64,000 nucleotides of DNA, taken from positions 37,324,001 to 37,388,000 of the forward strand of contig OX597820.1 of assembly GCA_951406725.2 (NCBI GenBank), written 5' to 3'. Below the pieces are notes generated by a model. That model was not told where the DNA came from. It made no database searches and saw only the letters and a program-made list of their open reading frames with translations. Position numbers and translations under genes: made by a program. This document shows positions 11,521 through 23,897 of the stretch, in pieces (the stretch's first letter is position 1; each line of letters starts with the position of its first letter). The DNA is from Octopus vulgaris (lineage: Eukaryota).

Positions 11521-14112
11521 TATGTATGTATATGTGTATCTGTCTATAACTAAAAACTAGAAGCCCTTAATTATTATTCTACCATAATAAGACTCCCAAT
11601 AAAGACAATCATGCAATATCAATATATATAATAATACAAACCTTTTAACAAATTCGTAGTAATGAAGGCTAACTCAGAATAATGAGATTCTAAGATATAA
11701 AAGATTCAGACAACGAGCAAATCAAATATGTATTCTCATCATCAGTGGCCTAATGGATATCACTATGGTTATGTGTACTTGTCTTGTGAAAATTGAGAAT
11801 TGTATGAATTTGTCTTTTTTTTTCCTACTATGTTGGGCACTGAGGTGTCAGCTAACTTGATGTCCTCTTCTAAAAATGTTTTAGAGTGTTTGTGAGGTTG
11901 ACATGCTAGAGTAGCCAAACTCCCCAGTGAATCCTTGTCTGATATTTTTATTTTATAAATTTACAGCAGCCATTTGTACATCAAATAGAAATCCAGTGAT
12001 ATTCTTCATGGTTCATCATATTTCTAGTGATAGGATGTGTTTGTATACTTAACTTCTAAAAGTAACTCACAACAAGTTTAGAAACTTATGTTCATGCTGA
12101 AATGTTAAGTAGAAGTGATGTTGACTCAAACTTGAATCCAACTATAACCAACAATGTTTCTGATTCTGAAGCCAAACTTTTACCACTCCTTAAACCTATG
12201 AAGTTGAAGATTACTTCAGAATCAGTCTAGTTGCAATAGAATGTGATATTTCTGGTTTATTGTGCAAGGCTCGACTAATGCATGAATATAGACCTGACCT
12301 GCTTCTCACCTTTGGTTTGGTTGAAAATTCAGATGAATTCAGACATTGACAAGGTTCACATCTGCTGCCCCCAAAATGCAAGAATAGTAGGAAAATAAAT
12401 GTTTTCATTCAGTATGAATTAATGACAAAAACACAAGAATTGCTAAGCATAATTTTAACAAGAATTCCAAACTACAATTTATAATTAAAGAAATTGAGTT
12501 GAGTAATATATATTGTTTTTACTATAACATTCTGTTTATATATATTACACATTCTAAAATATTGTAATTAGCTTTAATTTAACGTAAACATTAAAATGGT
12601 AAAGCAAATTATCTGTTAAAAAATACATTTATATTTCACTGTATGAATCTGATGTCACTTTTGATTTATAATTTTGAAAGTGATACCTCTCTTTGTAAGT
12701 TATACTCTTTTAAAAGAGAGTTTATATTTAGCATTTTGTAGTTGCAGCATCTTTCATGTAGCTTTTTCAGAATGAAGATAGTATTTGTTGTTTAGTCTCT
12801 GCTGGACTTAGTCAGTATATGTCAGTTTTAATAGATGATAAAACTGATGATGTCATATTTCACAGTGATTATAGTGGGTATCTATATACAGCTGTGAATG
12901 TCACTATACAAGGTCATGATATTCTATGTAATTGGTCATGTATAAAAACTGAAGCAGTTTTTGAGAGGTGATTGGAAGAGGTCAATTGACTTGTTTTTGA
13001 ATGTTTCAGTAGTTTAAGAAGCTACTGATAAAAAGAAGGAATTACAATTGTCAGCATTCCAAACTACAGTAGAGTTGACAGTTACCTTAATAAGTGGTAA
13101 CAATTACCTGATTGTTACTTTGGTTGAAAGTCATGTGTTAATATAAGACAATAATGTTTTATCTCCTGGAATCAATTGAAATATATCTGAAGAGAAAGAC
13201 AACCAAAGTTTGGGCCAAATGAAGTAATCCATTTTGTATTTATTATGCTGTAGATACTATCGAAGACATGAGAAGAAGCAGTGTTGGACAATTTCAGGAG
13301 ATTGAACCTCAAGGAAATGAGAAAAAAATAAAGTGGCTAGACGTTGTGCTGCAGAAGACCCTCCCAAACTATGTAAGCATGGAGAAATGGATATAAAATG
13401 GTAAGTGCTTTTGTTTGCCTGGGTCAGATGGAATATGTAATAATTTTAAAATGTTCTACTAATATTCTCTTGGGCTTCATATAGTACCTGTTGGTCACAT
13501 TTCAGTTTGTTCATTTTAAGATCTGTTTGGAATGAACATACACAATCCTCACTACATCTCCACATCAGAGTATCTTTTCCTTGTAAATATTTTCTGACTC
13601 TTTCTTACTATCCTAACTTCTAATACCTGGAGTCAAGTATTTTCTCCAATAATCTACATATTAACGCTTCATTGTCCCTTATTTCTTACATTGTCTTTTT
13701 ATTTCAGGTTATCTGATAACATTGTATTAAAGATATTTTATTGAAGATTATCAACATATTTATCAACTTTTGTAAACTAAAAATAACTTCATAAAGCCAT
13801 CAATCTGTTTCTACAACTTTGATTTAGTAGATGTGAAATATTTGTTTGGAATTGAGATCATGAGAAATTTCTCATTATATTTACTGGAAAATTTTTTCTA
13901 CAGATTGTGAACTTAAATTTGCCGTGAAATTTTAATTTCATATATATAAAAACCCTGATATTTGGGTATATCTTTATTGATTGGAGATAGTTTCATGACC
14001 CTTTTGTTGATGGGTATTAGTTACAAGATTATATCCTAATAAATCTACTTGAAGTTATTTTTGTTTTTGCAGTTAAGACATCATCACACAGATAAGTTAA
14101 GAAACAAAAATT

Positions 14113-15276
14113 ATGGATGGAAAAGCAGAGCCTGAGACTATTGAATCCTGTACTCAGACACCAGAAGATACAGAAGAGGATTCATTCACTTGCAATATAT
14201 GTGGGAAGTTATTCACATCAAGAAAAAATTTAATACAACATAAATTAATCCACTCAGACTCTAAATCATACCAATGTGATGTTTGTGGTAAAAAATTTAC
14301 TAGGAGTAGTTTAACTCGCCACAAACGTATTCACACTAGGAAAAAACTAAATCACTGTGATATCTGTGGTGAAAACTTTTTCACAAATGCTAGTTTATCT
14401 TCACACAAGCGTATTCACACAGGAGAGAAACCATACCACTGTGAAATCTGCGACAAATATTTCTCTCGGAAAGGTAATTTATCTACACACAAACTTATTC
14501 ATGCAAAGGAGAAACCATACCATTGTAATGTCTGTAGTAAATCATTCTTCAATAGTCGTAGCTTAATTGCCCACAAACGTGTTCACTCAGGAGAGAAACC
14601 ATACCACTGTGACAGCTGTGATAAAAAATTTCCAACAAGAGGTCATTTGTCTTACCATATACGTAGTCACACAGGAGAAAGACCCTACCGTTGTGATATC
14701 TGTGGTAAAACATTTCCTGTAAGTGGTTCTTTGTCTTACCACAAATATATTCACACAGGAGAAAGACCATACCATTGTGATGTCTGTGGTGAAAAATTCA
14801 CCAGAAAAAGTTCATTAAATCGCCACAAACACATTCACACAGGAGTAAGACCATATAAATGTGAAACCTGTGGTAAAGCATTTTCTAGAAATTCTGATTT
14901 ATCTTGCCACAAACTTGTTCACACAGGAGAGAAACCATACCACTGTGATATCTGTGGCAAAAATTTTTCCCAAAATAGTAATTTAACTTCCCACAAACGT
15001 ATCCACACAGAAGAAGAACCATATCAGTGTGACAAATGTGATGAAACATTTTCTAGTAGTGATGGTTTATCTTCCCACAAACATGTCCACAAGAAAGAAA
15101 GACCACACCAATGTGATATCTGCGGTGAAAGATTTTCTCGGTGTACTGAATTGTCTTCCCACAAACATATTCATTCAGGAGAAAGACCGTACCGCTGTGA
15201 TATTTGCAGTAAAACATTTTCTAAAAGGTGTCATTTGTCTTCCCACATACGTGTTCACACAGAAGAAAAACTATAG
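14113..15276 (+). CDS. C2H2 zinc-finger protein, 387 aa, 13 fingers
   Basis: Tandem C2H2 fingers with TGE(K/R)PY linkers in an intact ORF; finger 2 has a 1-aa deletion. Confidence 0.95.
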   Translation: MDGKAEPETIESCTQTPEDTEEDSFTCNICGKLFTSRKNLIQHKLIHSDSKSYQCDVCGKKFTRSSLTRHKRIHTRKKLNHCDICGENFFTNASLSSHKRIHTGEKPYHCEICDKYFSRKGNLSTHKLIHAKEKPYHCNVCSKSFFNSRSLIAHKRVHSGEKPYHCDSCDKKFPTRGHLSYHIRSHTGERPYRCDICGKTFPVSGSLSYHKYIHTGERPYHCDVCGEKFTRKSSLNRHKHIHTGVRPYKCETCGKAFSRNSDLSCHKLVHTGEKPYHCDICGKNFSQNSNLTSHKRIHTEEEPYQCDKCDETFSSSDGLSSHKHVHKKERPHQCDICGERFSRCTELSSHKHIHSGERPYRCDICSKTFSKRCHLSSHIRVHTEEKL

Positions 15277-17650
15277 AACTATAATAAAACATTCTCACTA
15301 AGTGGTACTTTATCACAACTGAAATATATTCATACAGAAAATGACCACACCACTGTGATATCTATTGTGAAACTTGTACTAGAAGTGATTATTTAATTCA
15401 ACCCAAATGTATCCCACAAGAGGTAAACCGTCACTAAGAATCTGCAGTAGTTAGTGAATCTGTTCATATTATATGTAATATATTTCACCACTCAGTATCA
15501 TCATCATCACTGTTTTATTGTTCTTATTCTGTACTGGTAGTCTGTCTGAGGATGCAGTATATTTTTTATACACACTAAATATTTGTCCTGTTGAACATAT
15601 AGCTGTTGTTGCTACTGTTAACTGCTCTTAAACTTCTCTAACATCTGAACTTCCAGGCATCTTTCAGCCTGAGAAAATATCCCTATATCCTTTGTGTGCT
15701 TTTGTAAATAGTATTGAATTACACCATACATGTTTTAGCAAACCACAAAGCACTGGGATGTTGGACTATGTTTCAACTAGTATTTTGTATATTGATATGT
15801 TGATCTTTATACTCTTGACCATTCTTCCAAGTTGAGAATTTTTTTGTGCAACATTTATTCTGCTGTTACAACCAAGTCATCAGTGAATAAAAGTTTCCAA
15901 AAACAATAATCTTAAACTTTGTGTTGCAGACTCAAGAACTATAGTGAATAGAAAGTGAATGTGGAAAGAAACTTAGTGTACACACAGCTACATGATTTAC
16001 TCACCACCTAAACTTAATTGGTCAGAAATGACTCTCACAAGTCATTTATACCCTTATTACACACACCATACTACATAGCATGAGAACCTGTGAAAAGTGT
16101 TCTGCAAGATAACAGATTTTAATAAAGTGTTATATTTTCTTGTGGTTCTACATTGTTATTCAAATACAAACTACATCTTATCCCACTGACATTATCATGT
16201 ACTGTCTTGGCTAAAAAATCAATCTGTTATTTTAGACTTGGTTTATCACTCAGATCTCAATTCATTGGTCTGTAAGTTAGTAGGTATAGAGTGTTGCTGA
16301 GTAAATCATTGCCAAGCAGTTTTCTATTTGATGTTGTCTAGGATGTTTGTATGTGTAGAAGCACCACTGTCTTATACATGTGAGCAGTATTACAATATAA
16401 ATCTTACTTTAGAGGACGAACAATTGACCAAGACTGAAGTATTTATTAATCTTTGAGAGGAACCCTAATATTTGTAGAGTCATTTTGGCGATGTTATATA
16501 TGTGGGGTCACCATGAGAAATCAGAGTGTGACCTTGATTTTGTAGCAACTGAAAGGTTTTTGTTGGGTGTTCTTTATGAATTGAAAGGCTGAGGTACATG
16601 ACTGTCTCCTTGATAATTGTAATGATTGTCTTTCTGTTGTTGAAAGACACTGGGATATCTTTTTAAAGAATACTGTTGATGTCATTGATCATGGAAAAAG
16701 TATGTGAGTTGTATGTAGCCTCTTAGTCAAAACCACTAACCCTGTCCTTCGTTCTTTCCTCTGATGAGGAGAAAACCAATCTGAACTTCACACTCACCTA
16801 TGAAGTGGGTAACCGGCTGGTTGATATCTTTTGGAAGAATATTTTTCAAATAGTAAAATCCTTAGCATCACACAAATCCAAGGGTTTTGATCCTTCCTTA
16901 TTTCTTGTACTGTGTTTTCTATCTTGGTATTTCCTGATGTGATCATTGAAATTGTTTGCTATGACAATAATATCAATAACATTAATTTTTGTGACAGCTT
17001 AAACAAGGACCTCAGAGAACCTGTCCCTTCCACTGTCAGTTTATCCAACTTATGGGAAGTAAAAGATCAAAGGTTTCAATGTTGTAAAACTTGATATACT
17101 TCATTGTATAATTAAAATATATTTCTTCAGTGAAGAAATTATACCAGTGGGAATATTTTAGGATCACTTTGATGTTAATGTCATAAACAAATATTAAAAT
17201 TATACTACAAAATAATATTTTATTTAAACTTCAGACTGGGTAACAATGTACCAATTAGAACGTTCCAATAATGAACCCACTGGTTTTCGGGTAAACTATC
17301 ACCAAAGATGAGAAAATACATCATCATTAAAATAAAATTTTGAAATATTAACTTATTTTCTTTTCCATAAAATGTGTGTTTTCATTTGCTTTTAATGTTC
17401 TACATCTGGGTTTACTCATTAAAATAATACATTATTCTCAGATATAGCTCTGTGTTTGAGAAGTTTGTTTCACAAATGTGTGGAAGTATAGGTTTTGTAT
17501 AGTCACACAGCACCTTTGGTATCTCATTTTCTATTATAACCTCAAACTAACCAATCCCTTGTGAATGGAATTGGTTGTTGGAAACTGTATAGAAGCCTGT
17601 CAAAACTTTATATATATATTTTCCCCAATATGTATGTGTGTATATATAGA

Positions 17651-17866
17651 TCATCATCATCATCATCGTTTAACATCTGCTTTCCATGCTAGCATGCGTT
17701 GGGACGATTTGACTGAGGGCTGGCGAACCAGATGGCTGCACCAGGCTTCAATCTTAAACTCTGCCAGATCAAGATTGAAGCCTAGTGCAGCCATCTGGTT
17801 CGCCAGCCCTCAGTCAAATCGTCCAACGCATGCTAGCATGGAAAGCAGATGTTATACGATGATGAT
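17651..17866. repeat. Tail-out inverted duplication of an RTE-LINE 3' end
   Basis: (CAT)n..cgtttaacatctgctttccatgctagcatgcgttgg..ggctgcaccaggcttcaatctt on the left is the near-perfect reverse complement of the right arm, which ends ...gatgatgat. Confidence 0.85.
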
Positions 17867-17886
17867 ATATATACACACATACATAT

Positions 17887-18232
17887 AGGGGAAAATTAAG
17901 ATAAATACAAGTATAAATTATTAGTTCCCAGGTATATATTTACATATATAATTTATTTATTTACTAGTATACTTTTACTTTTTACCCTTATTAGTACTTT
18001 CTTGTTCAGTCTTTTCTTCCTTTTTTTTCAACTCACTTCTCTAAATACTTATAAATTATCACATCAAGTGTCTGGCTTTAGATATTAAATCTCTGTAACA
18101 GAATATAATACTGTTTCCCTGATGATCCATTGTGTTTAGGCATCCAAATGCATTTGGAGTGCAAATAACTGCAATGGTGAAATGTACAAAGGAACTAAAT
18201 ACTTATACTAGGGTTAATTTTAATTTTCCCCT
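17887..18232 (+). mobile_element. Short element with ~42-bp terminal inverted repeats and an internal decayed hammerhead motif (PLE-derived)
   Basis: aggggaaaattaag...gtataa..attagttcc matches the reverse complement of 18191-18232. CTGATGA 18119-18125; stem II CCATTG/CAATGG; GAAA 18179-18182; palindromic TGTACA; stem I TTCC/GGAA. The cleavage triplet is mutated to AA. Confidence 0.55.
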
Positions 18233-18519
18233 CCAAATGGCGGTGCCCCAGCATGGCCACAGCTCATAAGCTGAAACTAGAATCAATCAAATGCTCCGTA
18301 TATCATAACTAGTAACACTACCAAGGACAGTGATGGGTTAATCACAATACTGGAAACTGACTGGATAATGATAACCTACGTGGAGCTCTATTTCATACTG
18401 AACACAATATAATGTTTGTGTGTAGTTGTGTCTCCTTGCCCTGATATGTGATAATTGTAAATGAGACCCACCAGTATGCAAGACAAACAGACACAAACAT
18501 ACACACACATACATATAGG

Positions 18520-18915
18520 CACAAGTGAGGTTGTCTGGTAAGAAGTTTGTTTCCCAACCACATGATTTCAGGTTCAGTCCCATTGAGTGGCACCTTGTAC
18601 AAATGTCTTATAAGTGGATTTGGTAGACAAACTGAAAGAGGCCTGTTGTGTGTGTGTGTATATATGTATGTATATATATATAAGTAGATATATCTGAGCA
18701 TGTGTGTGTTTGTCCCCCACCACTACTTGACAACCAGTGTTGGTGTCTTTACATTCCTGTAAGTTAGAAGTTCGGCAAAAGAGGCTGATAGAGTAAGTAC
18801 CTGGCTTTAAAAAATACCTAATGGAGTTGATTCCTTTGACTAAAACCCTTCAAGGTGGTGCCCCAGCATAGCTGCAATCTAATGACTGAAACAAGTAAAA
18901 GTTAAAAGATAAAGA
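18520..18915 (+). mobile_element. tRNA-derived SINE with internal (TG)/(TA) tract
   Basis: Head gtg.ggttgt.tggtaagaagtttg.ttcccaaccacatg.ttcaggttcagtccca. Related copies lie at about 17440-17600, 21226-21248 and 42485-42597 (-), with a body fragment at 43415-43560 (-). Confidence 0.65.
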
Positions 18916-18995
18916 TATACACACACCATGAGTTTATTTCAGTTTCCATCAACCAAATCCACTCACAAAGCTTTGGTTAGCCCAAGGCTATAATA

Positions 18996-20130
18996 TTGGG
19001 TTGGCAACTAAGTTCCCGCTGTTTTTTTTAATTCAAATTTTTTAAAAGGTTTAATATAAGATAACAACTAATTAATCAATAATGTATTCACCCTTGTTGT
19101 TTACAACTTCTTCCCAATGTTCAACAAGATTTTCAATACCTCGCTGGTAGAAATCACCCGATTTTGACTTGAAAAATTGATCCAACCAAGCTCTTAATTC
19201 TGCATCAGTATTGAACGAAACTCTGTGCATAGTATTTGAAAGAGGTGGAAATCCATTAGTGCCAAATCAGGAGAGTGTGGCAGCACTTCCCAGCCATGTG
19301 TTTGAATGGCTTCCTTGGTCATATTGGCAATATGAGGGCAGGCGTTGTCGTGCAGCAGAACTCCATGCTGCTGATTAGGTCTTTTCTCTTGAATAGCCGT
19401 GTTGAGTCATTCTGCGTTGACTGTTTGGTTCTGTTCAAGCAATTCATAATGGAAAATCCCTTCCCAGTCCCACCATACACACATCGTTTTATGCGGATGA
19501 AGATCTTGTTTCATGCACGGTGTCGCTTATTTACCAGGGCTAAGCCATTCCTTACGTTGCTTCATATTGATGTACAGGCACCATTTTTTGTCACCAATAA
19601 TGATTCAGTAAAGAAATCGTTGCTTGTGTCCATGAATTGAGCAGTGATGAGCAAGAAAACCAGTGGAAATTGTGGCTCGTTGATTTTTGTTGTTGTCACT
19701 TAAAGCATGCGGAACTCATGCTCCATACTTCTGAACCTTTCCCATCGAGTGAAGATGCTTCTCTATAGCAGTGTGGGAGTATTCCATTTTCTCTGTCAGT
19801 TCTCTTGTTGTTTGACGAGAATTTTCATGCAAAAGTTGGTTGGTTTAATCGCTCTTCATCAAACTCAAGTGGACAGCCAGAACGAAGTGCGTCTTTGAGG
19901 TCAAAGTTTCCATTTTTGAACTTGGCATACCAATCACAAGCAGTTTTTTCAGCTATGGCACCCTCTCCATACACAGCAGAAATGTCGCGAGCAGCTTTTC
20001 CTTTCTTAGAGCCTTGATTAAAAACAAAAGGAAGGAGGTATCGAAAATGCTCGTTTTTCTTAACTTGACATTCCATATTAATGATCTGAAAATAAACAAA
20101 AATTAACGAAAATTAAGAAAAAAAAACCAA
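18996..20130 (-). mobile_element. Degenerate mariner (Tc1/mariner) transposon
   Basis: TA followed by TIR TTGGGTTGGCAACTAAG at 18996. N-terminal HTH ORF MECQVKKNEHFRYLL...WYAKFKNGNFDLKD (19825-20076). Downstream - strand remnants include IIGDKKW and SPDLA-like segments with deletions. Confidence 0.85.
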
Positions 20131-20531
20131 AACAAAATAGATTCCAAAATGATTCAAAAATAGAATTTTGAAGTTTTTCACACCAACCACAACAAGTTGG
20201 CCAAGACTGATGGGTCAAACCATATTGTAAGCATTGATGCCTTTTATGATAGTATGGAGTGTGGTCCTGAGCTTAAAACTTAGCAGGAGCCTTGCTACAA
20301 TACTATTATTTTGTACTAATTACTATCAATACACTGACTACACTATCAGTCTCTCTTTCTGGATACACTGAGAAAAGTAAATATTTTACGATTTCCCTCT
20401 TTCATTACAAGTGCTTTACTCCTACCATTACCACTACACTTTCTCCTCCTTTCTCTTTGCAAGTGTGCAACAATTAAAGTGAAAGTATTTATATAAAAAG
20501 GATGAGCAATTAATACTGGTCATCCTTTTTG

Positions 20532-21052
20532 CTAGAAGATCCGCTGTGGTCTTATATGCTACACCACTGGTTTTCAATTCATATTAATCAAATTAATATT
20601 CAATTTCTCACCCTTATTATGTGTGTGTGTATTAGCAATTCGTATAAAATTGCATCAATGACTTGAACTTCAATAAGTGGTTTCACATAAATGGGGGTAC
20701 ATTAAAAAGGCTTGTTGTTATTATTACTGTTTGACTATTGTAATCACGTTTGTTGGTTCCTCGTCAGGGAAACGTTGTTGTGTTGCATTTGTTAAATAAT
20801 TGTAAATCGTAACCCTCCCCTTTCGGAGAAGGGGCTTTGGTTATTGTTTTAAAATTGAATTGTGTCCGTTTGGGGAAATTGACAATATTTTCACCGTCTT
20901 TACGGAAGCATTTTTGTTAAAATGCCTTCGATAGAAGAAAGTCCAAAAATGAATTTCGCTGCAGCCGTACACTTCTATACAAGAGGGAGGACAAGATCCA
21001 ATTGATCGAAATTGCAAGAGACGGGCCTACAATTCCAGTCTGTTATATATTT
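20532..21052 (-). mobile_element. Probable non-autonomous Helitron remnant
   Basis: The left end reads CTAG plus a GC-rich segment (gctagaagatccgctgtgg); the right end ...ctgttatatat resembles a reversed Helitron 5' terminus. Confidence 0.4.
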
Positions 21053-21249
21053 TGAGTATTGTTATCACTAGCGATATCAAGATATAACTTTCTATTTTGT
21101 ATTTTATGTGTAGATGTATATATATATATATATAGATGTACATGTAATATGTACACATATATATATATATATACACATATATACATGCATAATATATCTA
21201 CCCATACACACACACACATACATAGGGGCAGGTGTGGCTGTGTGGTAAC

Positions 21250-22567
21250 AAACTATGTTCGAAGATACTGTACTTGATATGGGCGGTAGTGCCTTGCCGG
21301 TCTATGGCCTACCTTCAACAAACCGGGAAGGCACAAACACTCTGTCTTCACATTTGCTGCGTGAGACATGTTTTAATGTTGACGAGCTTGCCGAGTACAT
21401 AGCCGACAATGAGCCAAAGCTCCTTCCAGAACAGAAGTTCGCTTACAACTCCGTTGTTAATTCAGTCCGGGCCAAAGCTGGGGAGATTTTTTTCCTGGAC
21501 GCTCCTGGGGGCACTGGGAAAACTTTTGTCAATAAATTAATATTGGCTGAGATTAGGCGAACACAAGGCATTGCCCTAGCTGTGGCATCATCTGGAATTG
21601 CGGCTACTTTGTTGCCAGGTGGCAGGACAGCTCACTCCACTTTCAAGCTTCCGCTTGACTTAGCGAAGACTGAGACACCAACTTGCAACATCAGTAACAG
21701 CTCCGATCAGGGAGAAGTCTTCAGACGATGCAAGCTTATCGTTTGGGATGAATGCACGATGGCCCACAGAGGTGCTCTTGAGGCACTAGATAGATCTCTC
21801 AGAGACATCAAACACTCTTCAGCTCCCATGGGAGGCATAACACTTCTTCTTTCAGGGGACTTCCGACAAACACTTCCCGTTATTCCCAAAGGGACTAGAA
21901 CTGATGCAGTAAGTACGTGTCTTAAGTCATCCACATTGTGGCCACTGGTGAAGACTCTCAAACTTCACACCAATATGCGTGCTCATATGCGACGTAATAT
22001 CACATCAGCAGCATTTTCTCACACCCTCCTTGCACTTGGCGAAGGCAAAATACCAGGGGATGAAAATGGTAATATTGCCATTGATTCCATTTGTACCATT
22101 GTTAAAACGCCTTCTGATCTCAGAGATGCAGTGTTCCCAGATCTACAAGCTAATTATCAGAATATGGATTGGATTGGCCAAAGGGCTATTCTGGCCCCGA
22201 GGAATAAAACTTCACCATATTAATGATGAAATGCTAAAACTCATTCCTGGGGATGTCTATGTATATAAGTCTATCGATACAACTCCTGACCCAGAGGACG
22301 TCATCAACTATCCAATAGAGGTACTCAATTCCTTTGAGCCCCCGGACTACTACCACACATTCTCAAACTTAAAGTTGGTGCCCCTATAATGCTCATTAGA
22401 AATTTGGTTCCCCCAAAACAATGCAATGGCACACGTTTGATCGTTAAGTCCTTATCTCCCACCGTAAACTTATATCAATATTTGCCTGAATAATCATCAT
22501 AATTCAGTGCAATCATTAACAGTACTTTCAAGCAATTCAGCCCCGAGCATCCGGGCAATTCTGCTAG
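21250..22567 (+). mobile_element. 5'-truncated Helitron with PIF1-family helicase fragment (pseudogenised)
   Basis: Walker A DAPGGTGKTF, VASSGIAATLL.GGRTAHS.FK.P, IVWDECTM, GDFRQTLPV, NMR and ILAPRN motifs; frameshift near 22210. 3' hairpin cccgagcatccggg followed by CTAG|T at 22564-22567. Confidence 0.9.
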
Positions 22568-23289
22568 TAGAATGATAATTATATCAACATAGTTCCTTTC
22601 AAAAATCCTGCTGACTGTCTCTTATGTGTGTTATAAGTTATTCTTAGTAGTTTTGCCTTGTGTGTGTGTACAGAATGTTTATATTGTTGTTGAATGTGTT
22701 GGCTGGTTGTATTTCAGCATCTTCTAGTTGTTGAATGAACTTTGTTGATGTCCAAGATAATATTCTCAACAATACAGATCTATAGATATCACATTAAATA
22801 TGTTGGATGTAACAGCAATAGTTTGACAGTTGTCTCTAGTATGTAACCTATCAGACATAAAGAGGTGACTCTCTCAAATGTCATGTGTAACCAGTTGTCA
22901 GCTAAATTCAAATCTTCTGTACTAGAACAAGCAATTTTTACAACTTCCAAACTAAGTTTCAGACTACCTAACTTACAAACTACACAGTCTTACTTAAATT
23001 TTGCATAATCAAACATAGTTAATATTAGTCAAAGGATAATCAGTAACTATTCTTTATTGTTTCAGTAAATTTATTTCATTTGTGAAAGGTTTGCAGTATA
23101 AAGATCAGGAAGAATGGTGTATAATCAGAAGGAAAAAAGTGCAAGAAAAGACAAAATCCCAGTGCCGCGAGGGAAATTATGCTTACTGAATATATACGAA
23201 AGGAGTTGTTAGAAATGTAGTATTGTGGCATCAGTACAAGTAAGGGATACACAAGAAATATCACTGACAACCTAGGAATACTGAAATGT

Positions 23290-23790
23290 AGGCATAAGGA
23301 ATGAAGTAGAGTGAAATGAATGTATATGTAGTAGGAATAAGGAAGGGATGGAAGAAGTTCAAGGAGCTATTCCATGTTTTGATAATAAAGGATCTCCCTC
23401 TTTGTACAAAGTACAGACAGTATGATGTATGTGTAAGAATTGTAATGTATGGCAGTGAGACACAGGTTCTGAATGTAGAACTAAGGCACATTAAAAAAAT
23501 CAGCTGAGTACAATCTGTTGAATGTGTATGTTATCTTTCACGAAAGGCAGAGCACAGATGATCTGGAAAAGTGACTGAGTATTAAAGGTGTTTGGCAATG
23601 AATGCAAGAAAGATGACAACACTGATTTAAACATTGTATGTCATACCAGGATAACATCTGCTGGATAGAAAAGAGGGTTGAGCTGATGGTAGAAGGAACT
23701 CTTGGCAAAACGAATTAGTTAGGACAGTCAGTCAAGTATGATGATACGTTGTAGTGTAAACCTATATCAGCATGGAAAAATAGATATCTT
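23290..23790 (+). mobile_element. Highly decayed RTE LINE 3' coding fragment
   Basis: IRKGWKKFKELF...YDVCVRIVMYGSET resembles the RTE ORF C-terminal region seen at 45454-45645(-). Confidence 0.55.
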
Positions 23791-23897
23791 ATAATTTAAA
23801 TAAGTGTTTTTTATTATTTCAGTCACTAGAAAGTTATAAAAGATAAGTCACTAGTTCACATTGCTGTTTTACTTAATGACCATCATACATTAGCATT

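Noticed and set aside
11730-11750. CTGATGA on the - strand
   Set aside because: No correctly placed GAAA or cleavage triplet downstream.
16755-16800. CTGATGA..GAAC hammerhead-like motif
   Set aside because: No GAAA, no stem III and no stem I partner.
21255-22389. Host PIF1 helicase gene
   Set aside because: Intronless, frameshifted, truncated and followed by a Helitron hairpin-CTAG terminus, so it is transposon-derived.
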